Shown here: in pieces, positions 7,407 through 14,925 of the stretch
Position numbering within the stretch: the stretch's first letter is position 1
How the letters are laid out: each line of letters opens with the position of its first letter
Source of the DNA: Chthonomonadales bacterium
GTDB taxonomy: Bacteria > Armatimonadota > Chthonomonadetes > Chthonomonadales > Chthonomonadaceae
Direction: 5' to 3'
Assembly: GCA_038217285.1 (NCBI GenBank)
Contig: JBBQPO010000148.1
Coordinates: 1-15,269, forward strand
Length of the DNA stretch: 15,269 nucleotides
The notes under the pieces: generated by a model
Told to the model about the DNA's origin: nothing
The model's input: the letters and a program-made list of their open reading frames with translations, nothing else
The model's database searches: none
Translations under genes and position numbers: made by a program

Positions 7407-8267
7407 ATGCAGCGACGGGCTTATGGCAAGACAGGACAGGATCTTTCGATTATCGGGTTGGGCGGCGTGGTGCTGGTCGGAATGGAGCAGACGGAGGCCG
7501 ACAATATCGTCGCTGAAGCCATCGATCACGGCGTCAACTACTTCGATGTCGCGCCGAGCTACGGACGCGATCAGGAGACAGAAAAGCGCCTCGGACCCGC
7601 TTTAGCAGGACGTCGCGACGGGGTGTTTCTGGCCTGCAAGACCGGCTGTCGCGACAGCGCAGGCGCGGCAGCCGAGTTGCGCCGCTCCTTACAACATCTT
7701 CAGACTCACTACGTCGATCTCTATCAACTCCACGCGATTTCCAGCGTCGAAGAGGTGGAGAAGGCGTTCGGCCCCGGCGGCGCGATGGAGACGATCGTCA
7801 AGGCGCAGCAGGACGGTCTGATCCGCAACATCGGTTTCTCCGCCCACTCCGCTGAAGCCGCCATTCGGGCGATGGAGCTGTTCGACTTCACGTCTGCGCT
7901 CTTTCCCATCAATTTCGTCACCTGGACCGAAGGCAACTTCGGGCCGCAGATTATGGCGAAGGCGCAGGAGAAAGGCGTGGCGCGCCTCGCCCTGAAAGCG
8001 ATGGCTCGGACGAACTGGCAGGAGGGCGCTCACCGCGACTACGCCAACTGCTGGTATGAGCCGCTGACCGACCCGCATCTCGCAGAACTGGCGCTGCGCT
8101 TCACCCTCTCCCAGCCGATCACCGCCACTGTGCCGCCCGGAGATCCGCGCCTGTTCCGCCTCGCTATGCAGCTTGCCGCCGAGTTCCGACCGATCACCGC
8201 TGAAGAGACCGCCGAACTTCTCGCTTATGGCCGGGGCCTGGCTCCAATCTTCCGCGCTGCCGCCTGA
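7407..8267 (+). CDS. Aldo/keto reductase
   Basis: AGGAGA RBS. MQRRAYGKTG..LSIIGLG start, NYFDVAPSYG (Asp/Tyr), FLACK (Lys), DLYQLH (His), IRNIGFSAH. Confidence 0.93.
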   Translation: MQRRAYGKTGQDLSIIGLGGVVLVGMEQTEADNIVAEAIDHGVNYFDVAPSYGRDQETEKRLGPALAGRRDGVFLACKTGCRDSAGAAAELRRSLQHLQTHYVDLYQLHAISSVEEVEKAFGPGGAMETIVKAQQDGLIRNIGFSAHSAEAAIRAMELFDFTSALFPINFVTWTEGNFGPQIMAKAQEKGVARLALKAMARTNWQEGAHRDYANCWYEPLTDPHLAELALRFTLSQPITATVPPGDPRLFRLAMQLAAEFRPITAEETAELLAYGRGLAPIFRAAA

Positions 8268-8278
8268 AAGGTTCTGCT

Positions 8279-8728
8279 TTGAAGCGACTCTGGACCAATC
8301 CGCGTCTTATCGGCTGGCTGCCGCTGCTCGCCGTACTGTTTGGCGTCGGGGTGCTCGGCGCCATTCGCGAAAATCGAATCGTCACCGAACCGACCTGGAT
8401 TCACAGCTTCCAGGCCGGTCTGGCGCTGGCGCAGCGGTCCCATCGCCCGCTGCTGCTCAGCTTCCATACGCCTGGCTGCGGCTGGTGCGCGAAGATGGAC
8501 GCGGAGACCTTCACCGACCCTCGGGTGGTGGATCTCAGCCACGACTTCGTCTGCGTGATCGTCGACAGCGAAGCCGATCCCGCTGCCGTTCGCCGCTACA
8601 ATGTCACGGATTTCCCCACGACCCTGCTGACGGACCCACAGGGCCATATCCTCTCCGCCTCTACCGGTTTTATCCCTGCCTCTGAACTGCTGACAGTCCT
8701 CCGCCGGACCGAAAAACACCGGTTTTAA
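8279..8728 (+). CDS. Membrane-anchored thioredoxin-fold protein (CGWC)
   Basis: N-terminal TM segment LIGWLPLLAVLFGVGVLGAI, RPLLLSFHTPGCGWCAKMDAETF, and cis-Pro motif YNVTDFPT. TTG start 11 nt after the AKR stop. Confidence 0.88.
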   Translation: MKRLWTNPRLIGWLPLLAVLFGVGVLGAIRENRIVTEPTWIHSFQAGLALAQRSHRPLLLSFHTPGCGWCAKMDAETFTDPRVVDLSHDFVCVIVDSEADPAAVRRYNVTDFPTTLLTDPQGHILSASTGFIPASELLTVLRRTEKHRF

Positions 8729-8762
8729 CCCTCTTCGCGCCTGACCGCAATTCGGATTGTCC

Positions 8763-8793
8763 TTGACAAACCGCAGGGACATGGTGGTAACAT
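8763..8793 (+). promoter_or_regulatory. Putative sigma70-type promoter of topA
   Basis: Consensus -35 TTGACA (8763-8768), 19-nt spacer, extended -10 TG-G-TAACAT (8785-8793), about 90 nt upstream of the topA ATG. Confidence 0.55.
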
Positions 8794-8882
8794 ACACCGA
8801 CTTGTAACCAGGACATCATCGAAAACGACGGTGGGTATTGATCCCAAAGCCCCGTTGTCTCCCAGAAGGTAACCATATCGCG

Positions 8883-11162
8883 ATGGCGAAATCCCTTATC
8901 ATTGTTGAATCACCGGCTAAAATAAAGACCCTGAAAAACTTTCTCGGCAGCGAATATGAGGTCGAGGCCAGTATGGGCCATGTGCGCGATCTGCCCGAGA
9001 AGAAACTCGGCGTCGATATCGAAAATGACTTTGCGCCGACCTACGAGACTCTCAAAGATCGCGCGGATGTCCTGAAACGTCTCACCGCCGCCGCCAAAGG
9101 CGTGACGACCGTCTATCTCGCCTCCGACCCTGACCGTGAGGGGGAGGCGATCGCGTGGCATCTGGCGGAAGCTCTGAAGATCAAGAATCCGGTCCGAATT
9201 CAGTTTAACGAGATCACGCGGCAGGCCGTTCAGGCGGCCATTGCGAACCCGCGTACCGTCGATATGGACCGGGTCAATGCGCAGCAGGCGCGTCGTGTTC
9301 TGGATCGGCTCGTCGGCTACAAGCTCTCGCCCGTGCTCTGGAAGAAGATACAGAAAGGCCTGTCGGCAGGCCGCGTGCAGTCTGTCGCGGTTCGCCTGAT
9401 CTGTGAGCGGGAGCGGGAGATCGTAGCGTTCGTACCGATGGAGTACTGGTCGCTTACCGCGATCCTGACCCCCCAGGCCCCCGCGAAGCGCTTCCCCTTT
9501 ACGGCCAAGCTCCATAGCCGGGGTGGGGCACGCCTGGAGCCGAAGTCGGAAGAGACCATCAATGGCATTCTGCACGACCTCGATGGCGCGCGGTACGATG
9601 TCGCGGAGGTGAAGAAGCGAGAGCAGCGCCGCAACGCCGCGCCACCCTTTATCACCAGCACGCTGCAGCAGGAGGCCTCTCGCAAGCTGGGTTTCGGCAA
9701 CCGTCGGACCATGTCAGTTGCACAGGATCTCTATGAGGGCGTGGAGCTGGGCGAGTTGGGCAGCGTTGGACTCATCACCTATATGCGTACCGACAGTGTG
9801 CGTGTCGCGGCGGAAGCCCAGGCGGAGGCCACGAAGTATATTCGGGAGCGCTACGACGCCGATCCGAAGAAGACGCCCGGCTACACCTACGCGCCCGAAA
9901 CGCCGAAGCAGTTTAAAACGAAAGGCGCGGCGCAGGATGCCCATGAAGCCATCCGTCCGACCTCCGTCTATCGGGAACCCGATCAGATCGCCCGGTTCCT
10001 TTCCGCCGACCTACTGAAACTCTATCGCATCATCTGGCAGCGGTTCGTCGCCAGTCAGATGAACCCCGCCGTGATGGATGTCACGACCGCCGACATCGCC
10101 GCGAGTGGCGGCAATGTCGCGGAAGCGCCCTATATGTTCCGCTCCACCGGCAGCGTCGTCAAGTTCGACGGCTTCATGCGCGTCTATACCGAGGGGAAAG
10201 ACACGGAAGAGGTGACGGACGAGGAGCAGCCGCCGCTGCCGCCGCTCTCCAAGGAACAGCCGTTGGATCTGCTGGGCCTGGAGCCGAAGCAGCACTTTAC
10301 CGAGCCGCTGCCTCGCTACACCGAAGCGACCATCGTCAAGGCGCTGGAAGAGCAGGGCATAGGTCGCCCCAGCACCTATGCCAGCATCATCCAGGTGATT
10401 CGGGATCGCGAATATGTCGATCTGAGTGAGAAGCGATTCTACCCGACGGAACTCGGCTTCAAGGTCAACGACTCCCTGGTCAAGCACTTCCCCAGCGTCA
10501 TGGATCTGAAGTTCACGGCAGATATGGAGACCAAGCTCGATGAGGTGGAGGAGGGCAAATCCGACTGGGTTACGCTGCTCCGCGAGTTCTACGATCCCTT
10601 CGCGCTGCAACTGACAGCGGCGGCGACGGAGATGGAGAGCCTGAAAGCCGCGCCGGTCGAGACGGAGTTCCACTGTCCGGACACCGGTGCGGTCATGCTG
10701 CTCCGTCAGAGCCGCTACGGAGCCTTCCTGGGCTGCAGCGACTATCCGAAGTGCAAGAAGATCCTGAAGCTGAACGAGGACGGCCAGCCCGCCGAAGGGC
10801 TGGAGTTCCTGTGCGGCCTCGCGCCGCAACCGGAGAAGGTCCCCATCGATCCGACCACCCTGCCCGGAGCGACGGACTATGTCTGCCCGGAAGGCAAAGG
10901 CGTCATGATCCAGCGCACCGGGCGGCTCGGCCCCTTTCTGGGCTGCAGCTCCTATCCGAAGTGCCGAACCCTGCTCAATATTCTGCCGGACGGCGCGCTC
11001 AAGGAGGGACAGGAGTTCAAATGCACCTATTCCGATGCGCCGGTCAAGGCCGCTAAGAAGACGACCCGCAAGACCACAACGCGGGGTGCGGCGGCGAAGC
11101 GCACGACGACCGCAAAGGCGCCTGCTCGCCGTGCCGAATCGACCGGAACCAAAGGAGAGTAA
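8883..11162 (+). CDS. topA: DNA topoisomerase I (type IA)
   Basis: Start moved to ATG 8883 (MAKSLIIVESPAK), 759 aa. ASMGHVRDLP, TOPRIM LASDPDREGEAIAWHL, SAGRVQS, catalytic Tyr in GLITYMRTDS, AQDAHEAIRPT, GIGRPSTYA, two Cys-rich C-terminal repeats and a basic tail. Confidence 0.98.
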   Translation: MAKSLIIVESPAKIKTLKNFLGSEYEVEASMGHVRDLPEKKLGVDIENDFAPTYETLKDRADVLKRLTAAAKGVTTVYLASDPDREGEAIAWHLAEALKIKNPVRIQFNEITRQAVQAAIANPRTVDMDRVNAQQARRVLDRLVGYKLSPVLWKKIQKGLSAGRVQSVAVRLICEREREIVAFVPMEYWSLTAILTPQAPAKRFPFTAKLHSRGGARLEPKSEETINGILHDLDGARYDVAEVKKREQRRNAAPPFITSTLQQEASRKLGFGNRRTMSVAQDLYEGVELGELGSVGLITYMRTDSVRVAAEAQAEATKYIRERYDADPKKTPGYTYAPETPKQFKTKGAAQDAHEAIRPTSVYREPDQIARFLSADLLKLYRIIWQRFVASQMNPAVMDVTTADIAASGGNVAEAPYMFRSTGSVVKFDGFMRVYTEGKDTEEVTDEEQPPLPPLSKEQPLDLLGLEPKQHFTEPLPRYTEATIVKALEEQGIGRPSTYASIIQVIRDREYVDLSEKRFYPTELGFKVNDSLVKHFPSVMDLKFTADMETKLDEVEEGKSDWVTLLREFYDPFALQLTAAATEMESLKAAPVETEFHCPDTGAVMLLRQSRYGAFLGCSDYPKCKKILKLNEDGQPAEGLEFLCGLAPQPEKVPIDPTTLPGATDYVCPEGKGVMIQRTGRLGPFLGCSSYPKCRTLLNILPDGALKEGQEFKCTYSDAPVKAAKKTTRKTTTRGAAAKRTTTAKAPARRAESTGTKGE

Positions 11163-11166
11163 CGGC

Positions 11167-12204
11167 TTGGACGTCCGGATCGCCTCTGTCAGCGCCGAAA
11201 CCTCCGATACGCCGCTGTACAGCCCGTTTGTGACGTCGCAGGGCCGCGCAACGGCTGCGCTCGCTGTCCTCGTGCGCCTGACGCTCTCCGACGGACGCAC
11301 GGCAACAGGCGAATCGGTGCCTGTCACCTATGTCACCGGTGAGACTATCGAAACGGTCCTGGCGGCGGTGGCGAGGGTCGGACCGGAACTGATCGGCCTG
11401 GAAGTGGTGCGCTACCGACAGGTATTGCAGACCATCGCTCGCCTGGTTCCGGACGGCGCGAGCGCGCGCTGTGGCCTGGAGATGGCGGCGCTGGATGCCT
11501 GGGCACAAGCGTCGGAGAGCAGTCTGCATCGACTCTGGGGCGCGGCACAGGACAGTATGGCGACCGATGTCACGATTCCCATCGTGGCAAATGCCGGGGA
11601 ACTCACGGAACTGGCCTGGGGACTCGGGATGCGGATCTTTAAGATCAAGGTCGGAGACGCCAACATCGAGGCTGACCATGCACGCGTGCTGGCGGTGCGG
11701 AATGCCGCTCCCGATGCACGCCTCCGCATCGATGCCAACCAGGCCTTTACGCCGGAAGGCGCGTTGCGCTTTGTAGAGAGGCTTCTGGCCGAAGGCGCGC
11801 ATGTCGAGCTTCTGGAGCAGCCGGTGCGAGCAGAGGACTTTGTGGGACTGGCATGGGTCGCGGAACGCAGCCCGGTCCCCGTCTTTGCCGACGAGAGCTG
11901 CCGCACGCCTGCCGATGCCTTGCGGCTAGCGCAGACGGCCGTGCAGGGTTTCAACTGCAAGATTCAGAAGAGTGGGATCGCTGGAGTGCTGGACATCGTC
12001 GCTATCGCCCGCGCCGCCGACCGTCGTCTGATGTTAGGCTGCATGTTGGAGACGCGCCGCAGCATCGCGGTTTCGCTCGCGCTCGCCTGCGGCACCGGTG
12101 CCTTCGACTTCCTCGATCTCGACTCGCACCTCCTCCTGAACGAGTCCGGCGACAATCCCTATTTTCAACAGGCCGGTGCGGTTCTTTCGCTGCCGGTTCC
12201 GTAA
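11167..12204 (+). CDS. Dipeptide epimerase (L-Ala-D/L-Glu epimerase-like, enolase superfamily MLE subgroup)
   Basis: Start moved to TTG 11167 with AGGAG 9 nt upstream, 345 aa. KxK (FKIKVG), metal ligands in IDANQ, LEQP and ADES, second Lys in NCKIQK, GCMLE, and the DLD motif typical of dipeptide epimerases. Confidence 0.88.
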   Translation: MDVRIASVSAETSDTPLYSPFVTSQGRATAALAVLVRLTLSDGRTATGESVPVTYVTGETIETVLAAVARVGPELIGLEVVRYRQVLQTIARLVPDGASARCGLEMAALDAWAQASESSLHRLWGAAQDSMATDVTIPIVANAGELTELAWGLGMRIFKIKVGDANIEADHARVLAVRNAAPDARLRIDANQAFTPEGALRFVERLLAEGAHVELLEQPVRAEDFVGLAWVAERSPVPVFADESCRTPADALRLAQTAVQGFNCKIQKSGIAGVLDIVAIARAADRRLMLGCMLETRRSIAVSLALACGTGAFDFLDLDSHLLLNESGDNPYFQQAGAVLSLPVP

Positions 12205-12247
12205 AGGCAGAGCCCTTTCGTTTTCGGCAATTAAGCGACGGACATAA

Positions 12248-12345
12248 TCACCCCTCGCTACGCACCGCCTGCGGCGGTCAAGGGGTTGTCACCCCTCGCT
12301 ACGCACCGCCTGCGGCGGTCAAGGGGTTGTCACCCCTCGCTACGC
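12248..12345. repeat. 41-bp perfect tandem repeat (about 2.4 copies) with nested palindromes, REP-like
   Basis: Unit TCACCCCTCGCTACGCACCGCCTGCGGCGGTCAAGGGGTTG at 12248-12288 and 12289-12329, plus a 16-nt partial copy at 12330-12345. Intergenic. Confidence 0.95.
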
Positions 12346-12396
12346 GGCGTTGCCGGACCGTCCTTCGGACGGAGCAAGATAAGGATCGGGGTAATT

Positions 12397-13410
12397 ATGG
12401 CAGAGACACAGACGCTCCCCAAAAAACGTCGGCGCGGGTGGAAAATGATCGGAATCGTGCTAGTCGTTTTGCTGCTTCCCGTTCTCTATCTGTGGTTCCG
12501 ACCGCTCAACGTGGGCGATCTCTCCACCACCGGCCATCCCGCGCAGAACTATGCGGAAGCCCTCGTGCGTGTCAAAGGACTGGATGCGAAAGAGACCGGC
12601 AAGCTGGGACCGCTCGGGGGAACCCTGCTGCTGACGCACGGAAAGAAGACCGCTAAGGTCGTCGTCCTGTTGCATGGCTATACGAAATCCCCGCACCAGT
12701 TCCAATCGTTTGGCAAGCTGCTTTTCGACAGGGGTTACAATGTACTGATACCGCGCCTTCCGCATCACGGGCTCGCCGACCGGTTGACGCCGGAACAGGC
12801 CTCTTTGACGGCGGAAGAGTTGGCGGCGTTCGCAGATGAGGTGGTGGATAGTGCGACCGGACTGGGTGATCATATCACCGTCGTGGGACTCTCGGCGGGC
12901 GGACTCACCGCAGCCTGGGCCGCCCAACATCGCGGGGAGATCGAGAAAGCCGTCATTATGTCCCCTGCGTTCGGCTATAAGGCCGTCGCGACTCCGTTGA
13001 CCCGTCCCGCCATGAACGCCTACCTGACGATGCCCAACGCCTTCAAATGGTGGGACGAGGATCTGAAAGAACAACTCAAGCCGGAAACGTACTATCCACG
13101 CTGGTCTACCCACGCCCTTGCGCAGTTGCTGCGGCTCAGTTTCGCCACGCAGCAGAAGGCGGCGGAACATAGTCCCGCCGCGCAGTCGATCCTCGTCGTC
13201 ACCAACGCCAACGACGCCTCTGTCAACAATGAGATGACGGCTCAGGTCGTCGAAAACTGGCGCAGAAATGCCGCCGACAGAGTCACCACCTTCGAGTTCC
13301 CCGCTTCTCAGCATCTGGATCACGACTTCATCGACCCCGAGATGCCCACCCAACAGACCTCTGCGGTCTATCCGATCGTCCTCGACCTCATTACCAAAGA
13401 GAACCACTAA
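12397..13410 (+). CDS. Membrane-anchored alpha/beta hydrolase (carboxylesterase/lipase-like)
   Basis: Start moved to ATG 12397, 337 aa. Basic patch and TM helix (KKRRRGWKMIGIVLVVLLLPVLYLWF), oxyanion LLHGY, nucleophile elbow GLSAGG, candidate Asp (NANDASV) and His (LDHDFID). Confidence 0.9.
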   Translation: MAETQTLPKKRRRGWKMIGIVLVVLLLPVLYLWFRPLNVGDLSTTGHPAQNYAEALVRVKGLDAKETGKLGPLGGTLLLTHGKKTAKVVVLLHGYTKSPHQFQSFGKLLFDRGYNVLIPRLPHHGLADRLTPEQASLTAEELAAFADEVVDSATGLGDHITVVGLSAGGLTAAWAAQHRGEIEKAVIMSPAFGYKAVATPLTRPAMNAYLTMPNAFKWWDEDLKEQLKPETYYPRWSTHALAQLLRLSFATQQKAAEHSPAAQSILVVTNANDASVNNEMTAQVVENWRRNAADRVTTFEFPASQHLDHDFIDPEMPTQQTSAVYPIVLDLITKENH

Positions 13411-13437
13411 GGGTCCGTAAAAGTATAACTTCCCGAG
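13411..13437. repeat. IS terminal inverted repeat (downstream of transposase, IRR)
   Basis: 27 bp, 24/27 match to the reverse complement of 14745-14771. The transposase TGA (13438-13440) abuts it. Confidence 0.92.
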
Positions 13438-14714
13438 TCAGGTAAGCGGAGATACCGTTCTCGGATGCAGAGTGTAATTCCACTGTGGGCATGTCTGGTG
13501 GTAAGTGATGTTCAACGCTGCCATTGCTTCCTCGGTGACCTGGATGCCTTTTTGATACACTTGCTCCACCAGATGCGCCACCACCGTCAGGCCCGTCTGC
13601 GTAGTGGTATCGCGCAGATAATGCAGGATCGTCTCCCAACTGCGCAGCGGACAGCCCGCCCAGGTCTTGCTGATTTCGCTGAAAAGACGATGTTCGATCG
13701 GATTCCATTTCGAGCAACCCGTCGGCAAATGACAGACGGTCACTACCAAGCCGAACACATCGGCAATCTGCTCCTGGAGTTGCTGCTTCCAATGCTTGCA
13801 GCGGGAGCCGTTGCTGTCGCCACAGTCGGCATGGATCAACAGCGACGTTGCCCCAGGGAAACGCACGGGCATCTCGCTACGGCACCAATGGGCCAGATTG
13901 GCCACCGCAAAAGCGGGCGTATCCGCCGACTGCCCGACATAAACACTGCCGCAGTTGTGGGTCAAATCATAGATACCGTAAGGAACGGCACGTCCCAGGG
14001 ACTGGCTAGGAAAGTCATGGACATTGACCCTATCAGCTTCCTGACACCAGACTTGACCCGCATTCTTGAAGTCGCCGACCAATTCTTTCTTCTTCGTATC
14101 GACCGAGAGGACCGGTTGCCCTGCTTCCTGATGCTGCTGACGTTGCTGTTGCAAATAACGAAATTGGGCGTCGCGACCCGGCGGAGCCGTCCCTTCGCGG
14201 TTTTTGCGGTTGGCTCGCAGTCGGTAGTCGCGCTTTTTGAGCAGGCGACTGAGCACCGGCAAGCTCACGTTATGAGACCTGTCGGCCAGTTTGCTCTGTA
14301 AGTCGCGGAGGCGACAGTTGATCCATTTACAGGGGCTCATGGGATCGCCTGCGGTATGAGGCTCGACGATCTGGGCAAGATCTTCTTCTAAGGTCGGCGC
14401 TTTTTTTCCTGGGAGAGTTGCCCGCCTCCTTCTTTGCGTAGTCGATCCGCCGGAACGGTAGTGAGTTGGGCCTGAAGTTCTTGACGTCCTCGGCGGATGG
14501 TTTTCTCATCCAGGCCTGTAATGAGGGCAAGTTGGACATCTGATGGCGCGTCGGGCGCCTGCGACAGACTGTCGACGTACCAGCGCCGTTGAGGCTCGTT
14601 GAGCCGACTGAGCAAGAGATTGATCTGCTGGTGATAACCGACCAAAACAAGGTCGGTTCCTGCCTGGCAGGACAAACAAGCGCATTGATGGTGAGTAGGG
14701 TTCTCGACAGACAT
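13438..14714 (-). CDS. ISAzo13-family DDE transposase, OrfA+OrfB joined by a -1 frameshift (about 425 aa)
   Basis: OrfA 14714-14388 (ATG after GGAGGT; LNEPQRRWY, ITGLDEKTIRRGRQEL HTH-like, RLRKEGGG). OrfB frame is open from the slippery site to 13438 and contains TAGDPMS..KW, RDAQF, SVDTKKKELVG, VHDFPS, AVPYGIYD, ADCGDSNG and SKWNPIEHRLFSEI. Confidence 0.9.
14400..14406 (-). other. A_AAA_AAG -1 ribosomal frameshift heptamer
   Basis: OrfA reads GAA AAA AAG CGC CGA CCT TAG. A -1 shift gives AAA AAA GCG CCG ACC TTA GAA... (KKAPTLEEDLAQIVEPHTAGDPMS), in frame with 13438-14340. Confidence 0.75.
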
Positions 14715-14744
14715 GGGCACCTCCATACTGTAGATTCTACCCTG

Positions 14745-14771
14745 CTCGGGAAGTTAATCTTTTACAGACCC
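14745..14771. repeat. IS terminal inverted repeat (upstream of transposase, IRL)
   Basis: CTCGGGAAGTTAATCTTTTACAGACCC, partner of 13411-13437. Confidence 0.92.
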
Positions 14772-14925
14772 TAAGTGTTGCGGAAAAATACGTACGGGCT
14801 TGCTATCAGAGGAGGAAATTGCAGAGAAGTAGCGAATTCTATTCCCAATCGTTCGTCGGTTGTGATTGTTTGTACAGCAAACTCTCCACAAGAATTGCCA
14901 GTGAGGAGAGAACGGAGCAAATGTC

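Larger units (their letters stand above)
13411..14771 (-). mobile_element. Complete ISAzo13-family insertion sequence, 1361 bp
   Basis: Terminal IRs GGGTCCGTAAAAGTATAACTTCCCGAG (13411-13437) and the reverse complement of 14745-14771, GGGTCTGTAAAAGATTAACTTCCCGAG (24/27 identical). Flanked by TAA on both sides (13408-13410, 14772-14774). Encodes an ISAzo13-type transposase. Confidence 0.92.

Noticed and set aside
11035-11166. Arg-rich N-terminal extension of the epimerase overlapping topA
   Set aside because: It is the off-frame reading of the topA tail. The RBS and TTG at 11167 give a normal-length enzyme.
12203-12226. Terminator after the epimerase (AAAGG...CCTTT followed by CGTTTTC)
   Set aside because: The stem is short and AT-rich, too weak to call.
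12248-12345. Possible CRISPR array
   Set aside because: The units are contiguous and identical with no unique spacers, and there are no cas genes in the window.
12286-12396. N-terminal extension of the hydrolase through the tandem repeat
   Set aside because: It starts at a TTG inside the repeat. ATG 12397 directly precedes the basic patch and TM anchor and is the more plausible start.
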